Positions 1 to 8,498 of a stretch of DNA of 64,000 nucleotides are shown here, piece after piece (the stretch's first letter is position 1; each line of letters begins with the position of its first letter). The notes under the pieces are model-generated. The model made no database searches. It was not told where the DNA came from and saw only the letters and a list, made by a program, of their open reading frames with translations. Source of the DNA: an uncultured Chloroflexia bacterium (lineage in GTDB: Bacteria > Chloroflexota > Limnocylindria > Limnocylindrales > CSP1-4). The stretch spans positions 1,472,001-1,536,000 of the forward strand of contig CAWFXA010000002.1 in NCBI GenBank assembly GCA_963819655.1, read 5' to 3'. A program made the translations under genes and the position numbers.

Positions 1-2
1 TC

Positions 3-119
3 GGGGCGGGCGAGCGCAAGGTCGGTCCGATCCTGGGCGCACTCCGCTCCGGGACCGTGAAGACGCTTGTGACCGATGTCGCAACCGCGGAGGCCGTGGT
101 CGCGAGGGACGCGCCGTGA
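3..119 (+). CDS. C-terminal fragment of SorC/DeoR-family sugar-binding transcriptional regulator (partial at window edge)
   Basis: Frame 3 reads GAGERKVGPILGALRSGTVKTLVTDVATAEAV, matching the K..I..AL......LVTD..TA end of the sugar-binding domain; the stop overlaps the next GTG (GTGA). Confidence 0.7.
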   Translation, partial: GAGERKVGPILGALRSGTVKTLVTDVATAEAVVARDAP

Positions 120-1555
120 CGACGCCGGCGACCGCGATCCTCGGCATCGACCTCGGGACCACCGAGGTGAAGGCCGGTCTGGTCGGCCTGGACGGCCGGC
201 TGCTCGCCATAGCACGTGCGGGCTACGGACTCGATGTCGGCCACGGGCCGGGCTGGGCGGAACAGGATCCGGCGGGCTGGTGGTCCGCGGTGGTCGTCGC
301 GGTCCGCGCGCTGCGACCGCCTGAGCCTGTCGATGTCGTCGCGATCGGCGTGGACGGGCACGGTCCGACGTTGGCCGCGGTCGACGATGGCGGCGAGGCC
401 ACGCGACCGGCGATCACCTTCCTTGATACGCGCGCGACGGCCGAGGCCGACGAGCTCGCCGCGGCCACGGGCATCCGCGGCTGGGCGCTCGGTCCGCTGC
501 CGGCCGCCCTGTGGCTGGAGCGCCACGAGCCCCATGTCGCGGCGAGGACCCGCTGGTACCTCACGACCTGGGAGTGGCTGGCCTTCCGGTTGACCGGCGC
601 GGCCGCCGCGCCGATCGTGCCGGGCCAGGCCATCCCCGACCCGCTCATCGTGGCCGAGGCGACCGGCCTGCGGACCGGTCGCCGCCCGCCCGAGGTCGCG
701 ATCGGGTCGATCGTCGGCGAGCTGAGCGGCGTCGCCGCGGAGGCGCTCGACCTGCGTGCCGGCATCCCCGTCGCCGGCGGGACCAACGATGCCTTCGCGA
801 GCTACCTCGGCGCCGGTCTCACCCAGGCCGGCGACGCCTACGACCCGGGCGGTTCGGCGGGGGGTTTCGGCGTGTACTGGCACGAGCCCGTCGAGGTTTC
901 CGGCGCGTTCGTGACACCTGCGCCGCTCGCGGGCCTGTTCAGCGTCGGCGCCGCCATGGCGGCCACCGGCCGGGCGCTCGACTGGTTCCGCGACAGCGTC
1001 GTCGGCGGTGGCGTGACGACAGAGCGGCTGCTCGAGGAGGCCGGGACCACCCCACCCGGCGCCGACGGCGTCGTCTTCCTGCCCTACCTCGCCGGCGAGC
1101 GCTCGCCCATCTGGGACCCGACCGCGACCGGGGCATTCGTCGGATTGACGCTGGGCCACGGGCGCGCCCACCTCGGTCGCTCGATCCTCGAGGCGAGCGC
1201 GCTCGCCATCCGGCATGTGGCCGAACCGATGCTCGCGGCCGGCGTCACGGTGACCGCGATGCGTGCCTGCGGGGGACCTGCCCGCAGCGAGACCTGGAAC
1301 CAGATCAAGGCCGACGTCACCGGTTTCCCGGTTCTCGTGCCTGGGGTCCTCGAGACGGCGGTGCTCGGGTCGGCGATCCTGGGGGCCGTGGGGATCGGGG
1401 CCTGCGCCGACGTGCCTACAGGCGTCCGCGCGATGACCCGCATCGAACGACGGCTCGATCCGCGCCCGGAGCACCAGGCGACATACGACCGGGCGTATGC
1501 CGTGTACCGGGGCCTGTACCCGGCCCTGGCGCCACTCCTGCGGACCCCGTCATGA
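116..1555 (+). CDS. FGGY-family carbohydrate kinase (xylulokinase-like)
   Basis: GIDLGTT, GWAEQDP, FLPYLAGERSP and GGPARS..WNQIKAD motifs. Confidence 0.9.
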   Translation: MTTPATAILGIDLGTTEVKAGLVGLDGRLLAIARAGYGLDVGHGPGWAEQDPAGWWSAVVVAVRALRPPEPVDVVAIGVDGHGPTLAAVDDGGEATRPAITFLDTRATAEADELAAATGIRGWALGPLPAALWLERHEPHVAARTRWYLTTWEWLAFRLTGAAAAPIVPGQAIPDPLIVAEATGLRTGRRPPEVAIGSIVGELSGVAAEALDLRAGIPVAGGTNDAFASYLGAGLTQAGDAYDPGGSAGGFGVYWHEPVEVSGAFVTPAPLAGLFSVGAAMAATGRALDWFRDSVVGGGVTTERLLEEAGTTPPGADGVVFLPYLAGERSPIWDPTATGAFVGLTLGHGRAHLGRSILEASALAIRHVAEPMLAAGVTVTAMRACGGPARSETWNQIKADVTGFPVLVPGVLETAVLGSAILGAVGIGACADVPTGVRAMTRIERRLDPRPEHQATYDRAYAVYRGLYPALAPLLRTPS

Positions 1556-2331
1556 GCGGATCGGGCGCGATCAGGGTGACCGCCGTGGAGTTCGCCTTTC
1601 CGATCCGCGGCGGCGGCCGATTGCCGGTCCTCGACGGGATCGACTTCGATGTCGCCAGCGGCCAGGTCGTGGCCCTCATCGGGCCGAACGGCTCGGGCAA
1701 GTCGACGTTGCTGCGCGTGATCGCCGGCCTGCTGGCCCCCGAGCGGGGAACTGTCACGCTCGATGGCGACGCCATAACCCAACCCGATCCGCGGATCGGG
1801 TTGGTCTTTCAGGAGCCGCGCCTGCTGCCGTGGCGCTCGGCCGCGGACAACATCATGTATCCGCTCGAGCTTGCCGGCTGGTCAGGGGCACCCCGCGAGG
1901 AACGGCTGGCCGCACTCGCCGACCTCGTCGCACTCGACCCGAGCGTGATGGGCAATCGCCCGTCCGAGCTGTCGGGCGGCCAGCAGCAACGCGTGGCATT
2001 GGCTCGAGCCCTGGCGCTCGAGCCCGGCGTCCTGCTGCTCGACGAGCCGTTCAGCGCCCTCGACGCGCTGAGTCGCGAACGGTTCGACCTCGAACTCCTG
2101 CGACTCTGGGAACGCGCGTCCCCGACGATCGTGCTGGTCACCCACAGCATCGCCGAGGCCATCCTCGTCGCGGACCGCGTCGTCGTCCTGTCGTCCCGGC
2201 CCGGGCGCGTGGTCGCGGATCTCTCCGTGGAGCTGCCACGGCCGCGATCGATCGCCGACCTCGACGCCGCGATCGTCACGCAGACGGCCCGCGAGATCCG
2301 GCGCCATCTCGGCGAGGAGGTGGCCGCGTGA
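1552..2331 (+). CDS. ABC transporter ATP-binding protein (NitT/TauT/SsuB type)
   Basis: Walker A GPNGSGKST, signature LSGGQQQR, LLLDEPF, VTH. The ATG at 1552 overlaps the kinase stop; the 511 start in the ORF track is spurious. Confidence 0.93.
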   Translation: MSGSGAIRVTAVEFAFPIRGGGRLPVLDGIDFDVASGQVVALIGPNGSGKSTLLRVIAGLLAPERGTVTLDGDAITQPDPRIGLVFQEPRLLPWRSAADNIMYPLELAGWSGAPREERLAALADLVALDPSVMGNRPSELSGGQQQRVALARALALEPGVLLLDEPFSALDALSRERFDLELLRLWERASPTIVLVTHSIAEAILVADRVVVLSSRPGRVVADLSVELPRPRSIADLDAAIVTQTAREIRRHLGEEVAA

Positions 2332-3077
2332 ACCGCGTCGCGGTCGTATCGGTTCTGGGGGCGCTGGCCGTCTTCCTCGTCGTGTGGCAGCTGGTCGTGA
2401 TCGTCAGCGGCTTCCCGCCGTTCATCCTGCCGACGCCCGCCATGGTCGTCACCCGCTGGATCTCGGCGTGGTCGGCAGGCACGATCCAGCCCCATCTCCT
2501 CGCGACGCTCCAGGAGGTCGTGCTCGGTTTCGCCGTCGGTGCCGGGTCCGCGCTCGTCGCCGGCTACGCGCTGGCCCGGAGCACCGTCGTCGAGCGGCTC
2601 CTGTCCCCGTACCTCGTCGCGGCCCAGGCGACACCGATCCTCGCCCTCGCGCCGCTGATCGCCCTGTGGTTCGGGCCGGGGCTCGCAGGCAAGGTCCTGA
2701 TCTGCGCGCTGATCGTGTTCTTCCCCGTCGCGGTTGCGACGATGGTCGGCATCCGGTCGGTCGATGCCCGACTGCTCGAGCTCGGTCGGTCGCTCCGGGC
2801 GACACGCCGACAGATCCTCACGACCCTGGAGATCCCGGCCGCGCTGCCGAGCATCCTCGGGGGAATGCGGGTCGGTGTGACGCTGGCGGTCGTCGGCGCG
2901 ATCGTCGGGGAGTGGGCCGGGGCCGACCAGGGTCTCGGCGTGCTCATCAACCTCGCCCGCGGGTCGATGTTCGACATCCCGCTGATGTTCGCCACGCTCC
3001 TGACGATCGCCCTCGTCGGGATCGCGCTCTATCTCGTCGTCGTCCTCGTCGAGCGCCGATTCGTCGGCGCACGCTGA
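2328..3077 (+). CDS. ABC transporter permease (NitT/TauT type, RibX-like)
   Basis: Multiple TM helices, ILPTP motif, EAA-like loop (LLELGRSLRATRRQ), GAIVGEW; GTGA overlap. Confidence 0.9.
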   Translation: MNRVAVVSVLGALAVFLVVWQLVVIVSGFPPFILPTPAMVVTRWISAWSAGTIQPHLLATLQEVVLGFAVGAGSALVAGYALARSTVVERLLSPYLVAAQATPILALAPLIALWFGPGLAGKVLICALIVFFPVAVATMVGIRSVDARLLELGRSLRATRRQILTTLEIPAALPSILGGMRVGVTLAVVGAIVGEWAGADQGLGVLINLARGSMFDIPLMFATLLTIALVGIALYLVVVLVERRFVGAR

Positions 3078-3108
3078 GCCGCTACCGTTGTCCACGCCAG
3101 GAGGTCTC

Positions 3109-4170
3109 GTGTCGTCCAAGCGTTTCGGGTTTGCATCGATCCTCGGTCTGAGTCTCGCCATCGTCGGTTGCAACGCGCAGCCCGGGTCGCCCCCGCCGTC
3201 CGTGGCGCCGTCCGTCGCACCGTCCACGGAGCCGTCATCCGAGCCGTCGGCCACGCCGACACCGTTGACGGTCGGCCTCGGTTTCATCCCGAGCGTCCAG
3301 TTCGCGCAGTTCTACCGAGCCGAGCAGGCGGGCTACTACGAGGAGGCCGGGCTCGACGTCACCTTCCGCCACGGAACCGACTACGACGTCGTCGCGCTTG
3401 TCGGCCAGGGTGAACTGGACCTCGGTCTGGCCGACGGGACCAGCGTCATTCCCGCGGTGAGTAACGGCATCCCGATCAAGTACGTCACGACGATCTACGG
3501 TCGATTCCCCTCGGTCGTGTTCGCGAAGGCGTCGTCGGGCATCGAGGGGGCAGGGGACCTCGCCGGCAAGAAGCTCGGGATCCCCGGTCGCTACGGGTCG
3601 AGCTGGATCATGCTGCAGGCGTTGCTCACGTCTGCCGGCCTGACACCCGACGACCTCGAGATCGTCGCGTATCCGGACTTCGGTCAGGGCGCGGCGGTCA
3701 CCCAGGGTGCGGTCGACGCGGCGACGGGGTTCACGAACAACGAGCCCGTCCAGTTGCGGCTGACCGGCGAGGCGGTCAACGTGCTGCGTGTGGACGAGAT
3801 CACGCCCCTGCCGGGCAATGGTCTGATCGCCGGCACCGCCGCCATCGATTCGAAGGCCGATGCCATCCGGGCGTTCGTCGCCGCGACCCTCCAATCGATG
3901 CAGGAGATCACAGACTCGCCCGAGGTGGGTCTCGAGGCGGCTCTGGTGGCGGTGCCTGACCTCGCGGCCTCCCGCGACACACAGGCCGCGATCCTCGACG
4001 CGACCATCGAGGTGTGGCGCGGACCCGTCCAGCAGGAGAAGGGCCTCGGCGCCATCGAGCCTACCGACTGGGCGGCGTCGGTCGACTTCCTGACCGAGCT
4101 CGGGCTCGTGCCCAACCCGGTCACGGTCGACGACCTCATCGACACCGGTCTGCTGCCGGGCTCGGGCTGA
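3109..4170 (+). CDS. ABC substrate-binding lipoprotein, NMT1/THI5 family (RibY-like)
   Basis: SD AGGAGG before GTG 3109; lipobox IVGC; Pro/Ser linker; GFIPSVQFAQFY.A...GYY...GLDV motif. Confidence 0.85.
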   Translation: MSSKRFGFASILGLSLAIVGCNAQPGSPPPSVAPSVAPSTEPSSEPSATPTPLTVGLGFIPSVQFAQFYRAEQAGYYEEAGLDVTFRHGTDYDVVALVGQGELDLGLADGTSVIPAVSNGIPIKYVTTIYGRFPSVVFAKASSGIEGAGDLAGKKLGIPGRYGSSWIMLQALLTSAGLTPDDLEIVAYPDFGQGAAVTQGAVDAATGFTNNEPVQLRLTGEAVNVLRVDEITPLPGNGLIAGTAAIDSKADAIRAFVAATLQSMQEITDSPEVGLEAALVAVPDLAASRDTQAAILDATIEVWRGPVQQEKGLGAIEPTDWAASVDFLTELGLVPNPVTVDDLIDTGLLPGSG

Positions 4171-4175
4171 CCGAC

Positions 4176-5705
4176 ATGCTGGGTGGCGTCCGACCGAGCG
4201 GCACGCGGCGGTCGTGGTGGCTGCGCGAGGCGCTCTCCGCGGAGGCGGCTGCCGCACGTCACCTGTCCGCGGCCGCGCCCCCGTTGCGTGGCACGACCAC
4301 CGCCGATGTGGTCATCGTCGGCGGCGGCTACACCGGGCTGTGGACGGCGCTCCGCATCACGGAGCTCGAGCCAGGCGCCCGCGTGGTGATCCTCGAGGCG
4401 GACATCTGCGGCGGGGGACCGTCGGGGCGGAACGGGGGGTTCGTCACGAACTGGTGGGACGAGTTCCCGACCCTGCTCGAGCGATACGGCGACCGCGGCG
4501 CCCGAACCATGGGCGAGGCCATGGAGGCGGCAGTCGACGAGGTCGGCACGTTCTGCGCCGCCCACGGGATCGACGCGTGGTACACGAAGGCAGGGTCCCT
4601 GTCCGTGAGTGCGGCAGCGGCCCAGGACGGCGCATGGGACGAGGCGGTCCAGGCTCTCCGCGGGCACGGGTTGGCGGATCGGTACGTGCCGGTATCCGCG
4701 GAGGAGGTCGCGGCGCGCGTTCGCTCCCCGGTGTTCCGCGATGGGGCGTTCATGCCGGGCGCCGCGACGGTCCAACCAGCGACTCTGGCCCGGGGGCTGC
4801 GGCGGGTCCTGCTGGAGCGCGGGGTCGTGATCGCCGAGGGCACGGAGGCGGTCGAGATCGACGGCGTCCGACCCGGGCCGCTGGGCCGCCTCGGGGCTGG
4901 GGCTCGACGTGCTCCATCTCGGCGCGGCAACGGCCGCGGCTTCCGGCCCGTTCGCGTCCGGACCAGGTCCGCGGACGGTGACGGGGAGGTCCTCGCGGCC
5001 TCGGCGGTCGTGGCGATCAACGCGTGGGCCGCAGGCTGGCCGTGGTTCGCCCAGCGCCTCGTGACGTGGTCGTCATACATCGTGCTCACGGCACCCATCC
5101 CGGACCGACTGGCCGATATCGGCTGGACCGGTGGCGAAGGCGTCGCCGACGCGCGGTTCACGCTGCATTACCTGCGGACGACGCCGGACGGTCGGATCGC
5201 GATCGGCGGCGGGGGCGGTCGACCCGGGTTCGGCGGCATCGGCGATGTCTATACCGACGACGCTCGTGCCGCGGGACGCGCGGCAGCCGGGCTGCGGCGC
5301 CTGTTCCCGTCGATCGCCGACGTCCCCATCGAGGACGCGTGGGGCGGCCCGATCGACATCAGCGCCGACCACCTGCCGTGGGTCGGTTCGGTCCATGGCC
5401 GCCCGATCCACTACGGGTTCGGGTACAGCGGCAATGGCGTCGGCCCGTCGCTGGTCGGCGGCCGCATCCTCGCGGCGATGGCGACAGAACGCGCGGACGA
5501 TCCGGCGCTTGCCTTGCCCCTGGCGAACGGCCGCGCTCCTCGGCCATTCCCCCCGGAACCGGCTCGGTACGTCGGTGCCCGACTGGTGCGCGAGGCCGCC
5601 GCCCGTCGCGAGTCGATGGAGGAACGTGGCGAGGACCCGGGTGTGCTCCTGCGGGAGCTCAGCCGGCTCCCGCGTCGGATCGGCTACCACCTCGGGCCCG
5701 ACTGA
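4176..5705 (+). CDS. FAD-dependent oxidoreductase (DAO/PuuB family)
   Basis: DVVIVGGGYTGLW Rossmann motif, GPSGRNGG, WGGPID, GYSGNGVG. Confidence 0.88.
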   Translation: MLGGVRPSGTRRSWWLREALSAEAAAARHLSAAAPPLRGTTTADVVIVGGGYTGLWTALRITELEPGARVVILEADICGGGPSGRNGGFVTNWWDEFPTLLERYGDRGARTMGEAMEAAVDEVGTFCAAHGIDAWYTKAGSLSVSAAAAQDGAWDEAVQALRGHGLADRYVPVSAEEVAARVRSPVFRDGAFMPGAATVQPATLARGLRRVLLERGVVIAEGTEAVEIDGVRPGPLGRLGAGARRAPSRRGNGRGFRPVRVRTRSADGDGEVLAASAVVAINAWAAGWPWFAQRLVTWSSYIVLTAPIPDRLADIGWTGGEGVADARFTLHYLRTTPDGRIAIGGGGGRPGFGGIGDVYTDDARAAGRAAAGLRRLFPSIADVPIEDAWGGPIDISADHLPWVGSVHGRPIHYGFGYSGNGVGPSLVGGRILAAMATERADDPALALPLANGRAPRPFPPEPARYVGARLVREAAARRESMEERGEDPGVLLRELSRLPRRIGYHLGPD

Positions 5706-5821
5706 CCCGCGGGACCCTCTCGAGCGCGACCGCGCTCCCGGCAGGGATCGGCCGGAACCGGTACAATGTGGGTCCCCCGTTCACCCACGGACGCCGTCCG
5801 TTCACGCGCAAGAGGTCCCCC

Positions 5822-6010
5822 TTGAACAGCCGTCCCCCCGTCAAGCCCGTCCTTGCCAACGAGCCGTTCAAGCACGTGATCGACGAGTACAAGCACCAGG
5901 CTCAGACGATCACCTGCACCTGTGGCTGGCATGGCAGCTCGGCGACGATCGACCGCGGGGGCTCGGAGTGGACTGCGCACCTGTTCGAGGTCCGCGGCAA
6001 GAAGCGATGA
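5822..6010 (+). CDS. Small hypothetical protein, possible zinc-binding (H..CxCGW..H)
   Basis: TACAAT -10 at 5762, SD AGAGG at 5811, TTG start; 62 aa with ITCTCGWHG and W..HL. Confidence 0.6.
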   Translation: MNSRPPVKPVLANEPFKHVIDEYKHQAQTITCTCGWHGSSATIDRGGSEWTAHLFEVRGKKR

Positions 6011-6132
6011 GCGGCGGCCGCTGGGTCGCACTGGCCGGCGTTGCCGGCTGCGCGTGCTCGCTCACGCACGTACAAGTGCGCTCGCTCACATGCTCGCCGG
6101 CGCCTTGGCCAGCACGCCCCAGAAGCCGCCGC
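6011..6132. repeat. Long imperfect hairpin (REP/MITE-like or structured RNA)
   Basis: Nested complementary blocks GCGGCGGC/GCCGCCGC, CTGGG/CCCAG, CTGGCC/GGCCAG, GCCGGC/GCCGGC and CGCAC/GTGCG close a GTACAA loop. Confidence 0.55.
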
Positions 6133-6173
6133 TGAGCGACGACCGCTGAGCGGCCGCCGCTGAGCGACGACCA

Positions 6174-6202
6174 GACCCGGATCGAACGATCCGGGTCGTT
6201 TC
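6174..6202 (+). terminator. Putative intrinsic terminator hairpin
   Basis: GACCCGGATCG-AA-CGATCCGGGTC followed by GTTTC. Confidence 0.5.
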
Positions 6203-7576
6203 ATGTCCGGTAGCCTGTCCGGCGTGGAGCTCCCCACCACGCCCCCGTTCACGGTCCGCGGCCGGCTGCTCACGCCACTGACCAGGGGCGGCACGCGCTT
6301 CGAGTCGGACGGCCTCGTCGAGGTCGATGGCGCGGGACGGATCGCTTTCGCCGGCGCCTTCGCCCGCGCATTCACCGATCGGGAGCCTTCCGACCAGGAC
6401 CCCACAGCCCCGGAGATCATCGACCTGCGGCCGTGGGTCCTGATGCCCGGCATGGTCGACCTCCACGCGCACCTGCCGCAGCTGCCCAACGCCGGGCTCG
6501 GTGCGGGCATGGACCTCCTCGCCTGGCTCGAGCGGTACATCTTCCCGCTGGAGCGGAGCTTCGACGTCCCGACCGCCGAACGTGTCGCGCCCGCTGCGTG
6601 GCGCGCATTCGCAGCCGCGGGCACGACGACCGCGCTCGTGTACGGCGCGGTCTACGAGGCGAGCCTCGACACCACGTTCCGGGCTGCCGAGGCGCACGGC
6701 ATCCGAGCGACCGTCGGCAAGGTGATGATGGATCGGATCACCTACGACCCGACGATCGAGCCCTCCACGATCCTCGACAGGACCCTGGCGGAAAGCGCGC
6801 GGCTGATCGAGAAGTGGCACGGCGCCGACGACGGCCGACTCCGCTACGCGGTCACGCCGCGGTTCGCCGTGTCATGCACGGCCGAGCTGCTGCGCGAATC
6901 GGCGGCCCTGGCGGCATCGACCGGCGCGTACTGGCAGACGCATGTGTCGGAGGACCCGGGCGAGATCGCCGAGGTCGCGCGGCTCTTTCCGGAAGCGCTC
7001 GACTACGTCGACGTCTACGACCGCGCCGGCGGTCTGGGTGAGCGCACGGTCCTGGCGCACGCGGTCCACCTCTCGGACCGCGAGCTCGGGCGGCTCGTCG
7101 AGACTGGCACGCGGGTCGCGCATTGCCCGATCTCGAACCTGTTCCTGGCGTCGGGCGTGATGCCGCTCGGCCGCTATCTGGACGCCGGACTGAAGCTCGG
7201 GCTGGGATCGGATGTCGCGGGCGGCCCGGATCTGTCGATCTTCAGCGTCATGCGGGTCGGGTTCTACGCGCAGAACGCCCGGCGGGTGGCGGGCCTCGAG
7301 CACGGCGCGGTCCTCGGGCCGCTCGACTGGCTGCGGCTGGGCTCGCTCGGCGGCGCAGAGGTGCTGGGCATAGGCTCCGTCACCGGGTCGCTCGAGGCGG
7401 GCAAGGAGGCCGACCTGATCGCCGTCGATCCGGCCTATGCGGCGCCGATCCCGGGCATCGCGGACGACGAGGCGGAGGACCTCGCCAGCCGGCTCATCTT
7501 CCGCGCCCATCCCGACATGGTCCGCGCGGCGTGGGTCCGCGGCCGCCGCCTGGAGGGTCCGGGCGCCCGGGGCTGA
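6203..7576 (+). CDS. guaD: Guanine deaminase
   Basis: PGMVDLHAHLPQ, LLAWLERYIFPLE, VTPRFA, QTHVSE, LAHAVHL, HCPISN, GSDVAGG; purine-cluster context. Confidence 0.9.
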   Translation: MSGSLSGVELPTTPPFTVRGRLLTPLTRGGTRFESDGLVEVDGAGRIAFAGAFARAFTDREPSDQDPTAPEIIDLRPWVLMPGMVDLHAHLPQLPNAGLGAGMDLLAWLERYIFPLERSFDVPTAERVAPAAWRAFAAAGTTTALVYGAVYEASLDTTFRAAEAHGIRATVGKVMMDRITYDPTIEPSTILDRTLAESARLIEKWHGADDGRLRYAVTPRFAVSCTAELLRESAALAASTGAYWQTHVSEDPGEIAEVARLFPEALDYVDVYDRAGGLGERTVLAHAVHLSDRELGRLVETGTRVAHCPISNLFLASGVMPLGRYLDAGLKLGLGSDVAGGPDLSIFSVMRVGFYAQNARRVAGLEHGAVLGPLDWLRLGSLGGAEVLGIGSVTGSLEAGKEADLIAVDPAYAAPIPGIADDEAEDLASRLIFRAHPDMVRAAWVRGRRLEGPGARG

Positions 7577-7616
7577 AGGGCTACCTGGACCCCGAGGGCA
7601 ACCTGCCGCAGGCATC

Positions 7617-8288
7617 TCAGATGAAGATCAGGCTCGATCCGCCAGGGTATCGGCCGGCAGCGAGTGCAGCCAGGGCCTTGCGAGCCGAGATCGGGAACAT
7701 CCCTGCCAGCACGTGCCAGGCAGCCGCGACAGCCCGTCGATTGGTTGGCGTATCGGCGACCACAAGCAGTACATGCTCGACCTCGGCGTCACGCATCTTG
7801 AGCGTGAGTCGCCGCATCTGTGCCTGCGCATCGCCGATGCGGGTCTCGACCTCGACCGGCATGGTGCGAGGTCGGTCGAATTCATTGACGAGATCCGCAA
7901 GCCACGCGTCCCACGCTCGCCGATCGCCGATCATCGGCAGGGGCACCTCGAGCCGAATCGAGACGCTGGCGTGCACCCGGGGGCGCAGTCGTTCGATGAC
8001 CCGGACCTGTCCGGCGTCACGGAGGGCGTCGGCGCCCGGATACGTCCGGACCCGAACGTCCAAACCCACCACGGCCCCGATCCGTGCGAGCTGCACGATG
8101 CTCGCGGTTGCCACAAGACCACGTTCGATTCGGCTGATCTGGGCTCCAGAGATACCCGCGGCAGCGGCTACGACCCGGATCGATAGTCCCCCATCGACTC
8201 GAGCTTGACGAAGGTCGGAGCCCACGCGGTTCACGTCGGCCCGGGCCGTGCGGCTACCACGATCGGCTGGTCGGTCGCGCGTCGGCAT
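7617..8288 (-). CDS. XRE-family HTH protein with C-terminal PD-(D/E)XK-like domain
   Basis: HTH (LRQAR..GLS...VA..AGIS..QISRIERG), then LEVP..WD..VEVET..K; alignable by eye with 56755-57531. Confidence 0.75.
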   Translation of the reverse strand: MPTRDRPADRGSRTARADVNRVGSDLRQARVDGGLSIRVVAAAAGISGAQISRIERGLVATASIVQLARIGAVVGLDVRVRTYPGADALRDAGQVRVIERLRPRVHASVSIRLEVPLPMIGDRRAWDAWLADLVNEFDRPRTMPVEVETRIGDAQAQMRRLTLKMRDAEVEHVLLVVADTPTNRRAVAAAWHVLAGMFPISARKALAALAAGRYPGGSSLIFI

Positions 8289-8330
8289 ACGCGCAGGATG
8301 CTCGGCGACCCTCTACACGGACTTACCAGC

Positions 8331-8469
8331 GTTGCGTCCCATGCACGAGCCGTCGAACGAACGAAGCCGGCACCCATCCCAGTCGAAGGATGATGCGCGA
8401 GATGCACGAATCCTCGATCGACGCCGCGTACGAGGTCGCTTGATCGACGGTTCGTTCATCGGGTGCAAC
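8331..8469. repeat. Three ~28-bp related repeats (two direct, one inverted) upstream of the HTH gene
   Basis: GTTGCGTCCCATGCACGAGCCGTCGAAC (8331), GATGCGCGAGATGCACGAATCCTCGATC (8392), and an inverted copy at 8442-8469 (reverse complement GTTGCACCCGATGAACGAACCGTCGATC). Confidence 0.6.
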
Positions 8470-8498
8470 AGGCACCTGGACCACGCTATGGTCGGCGC

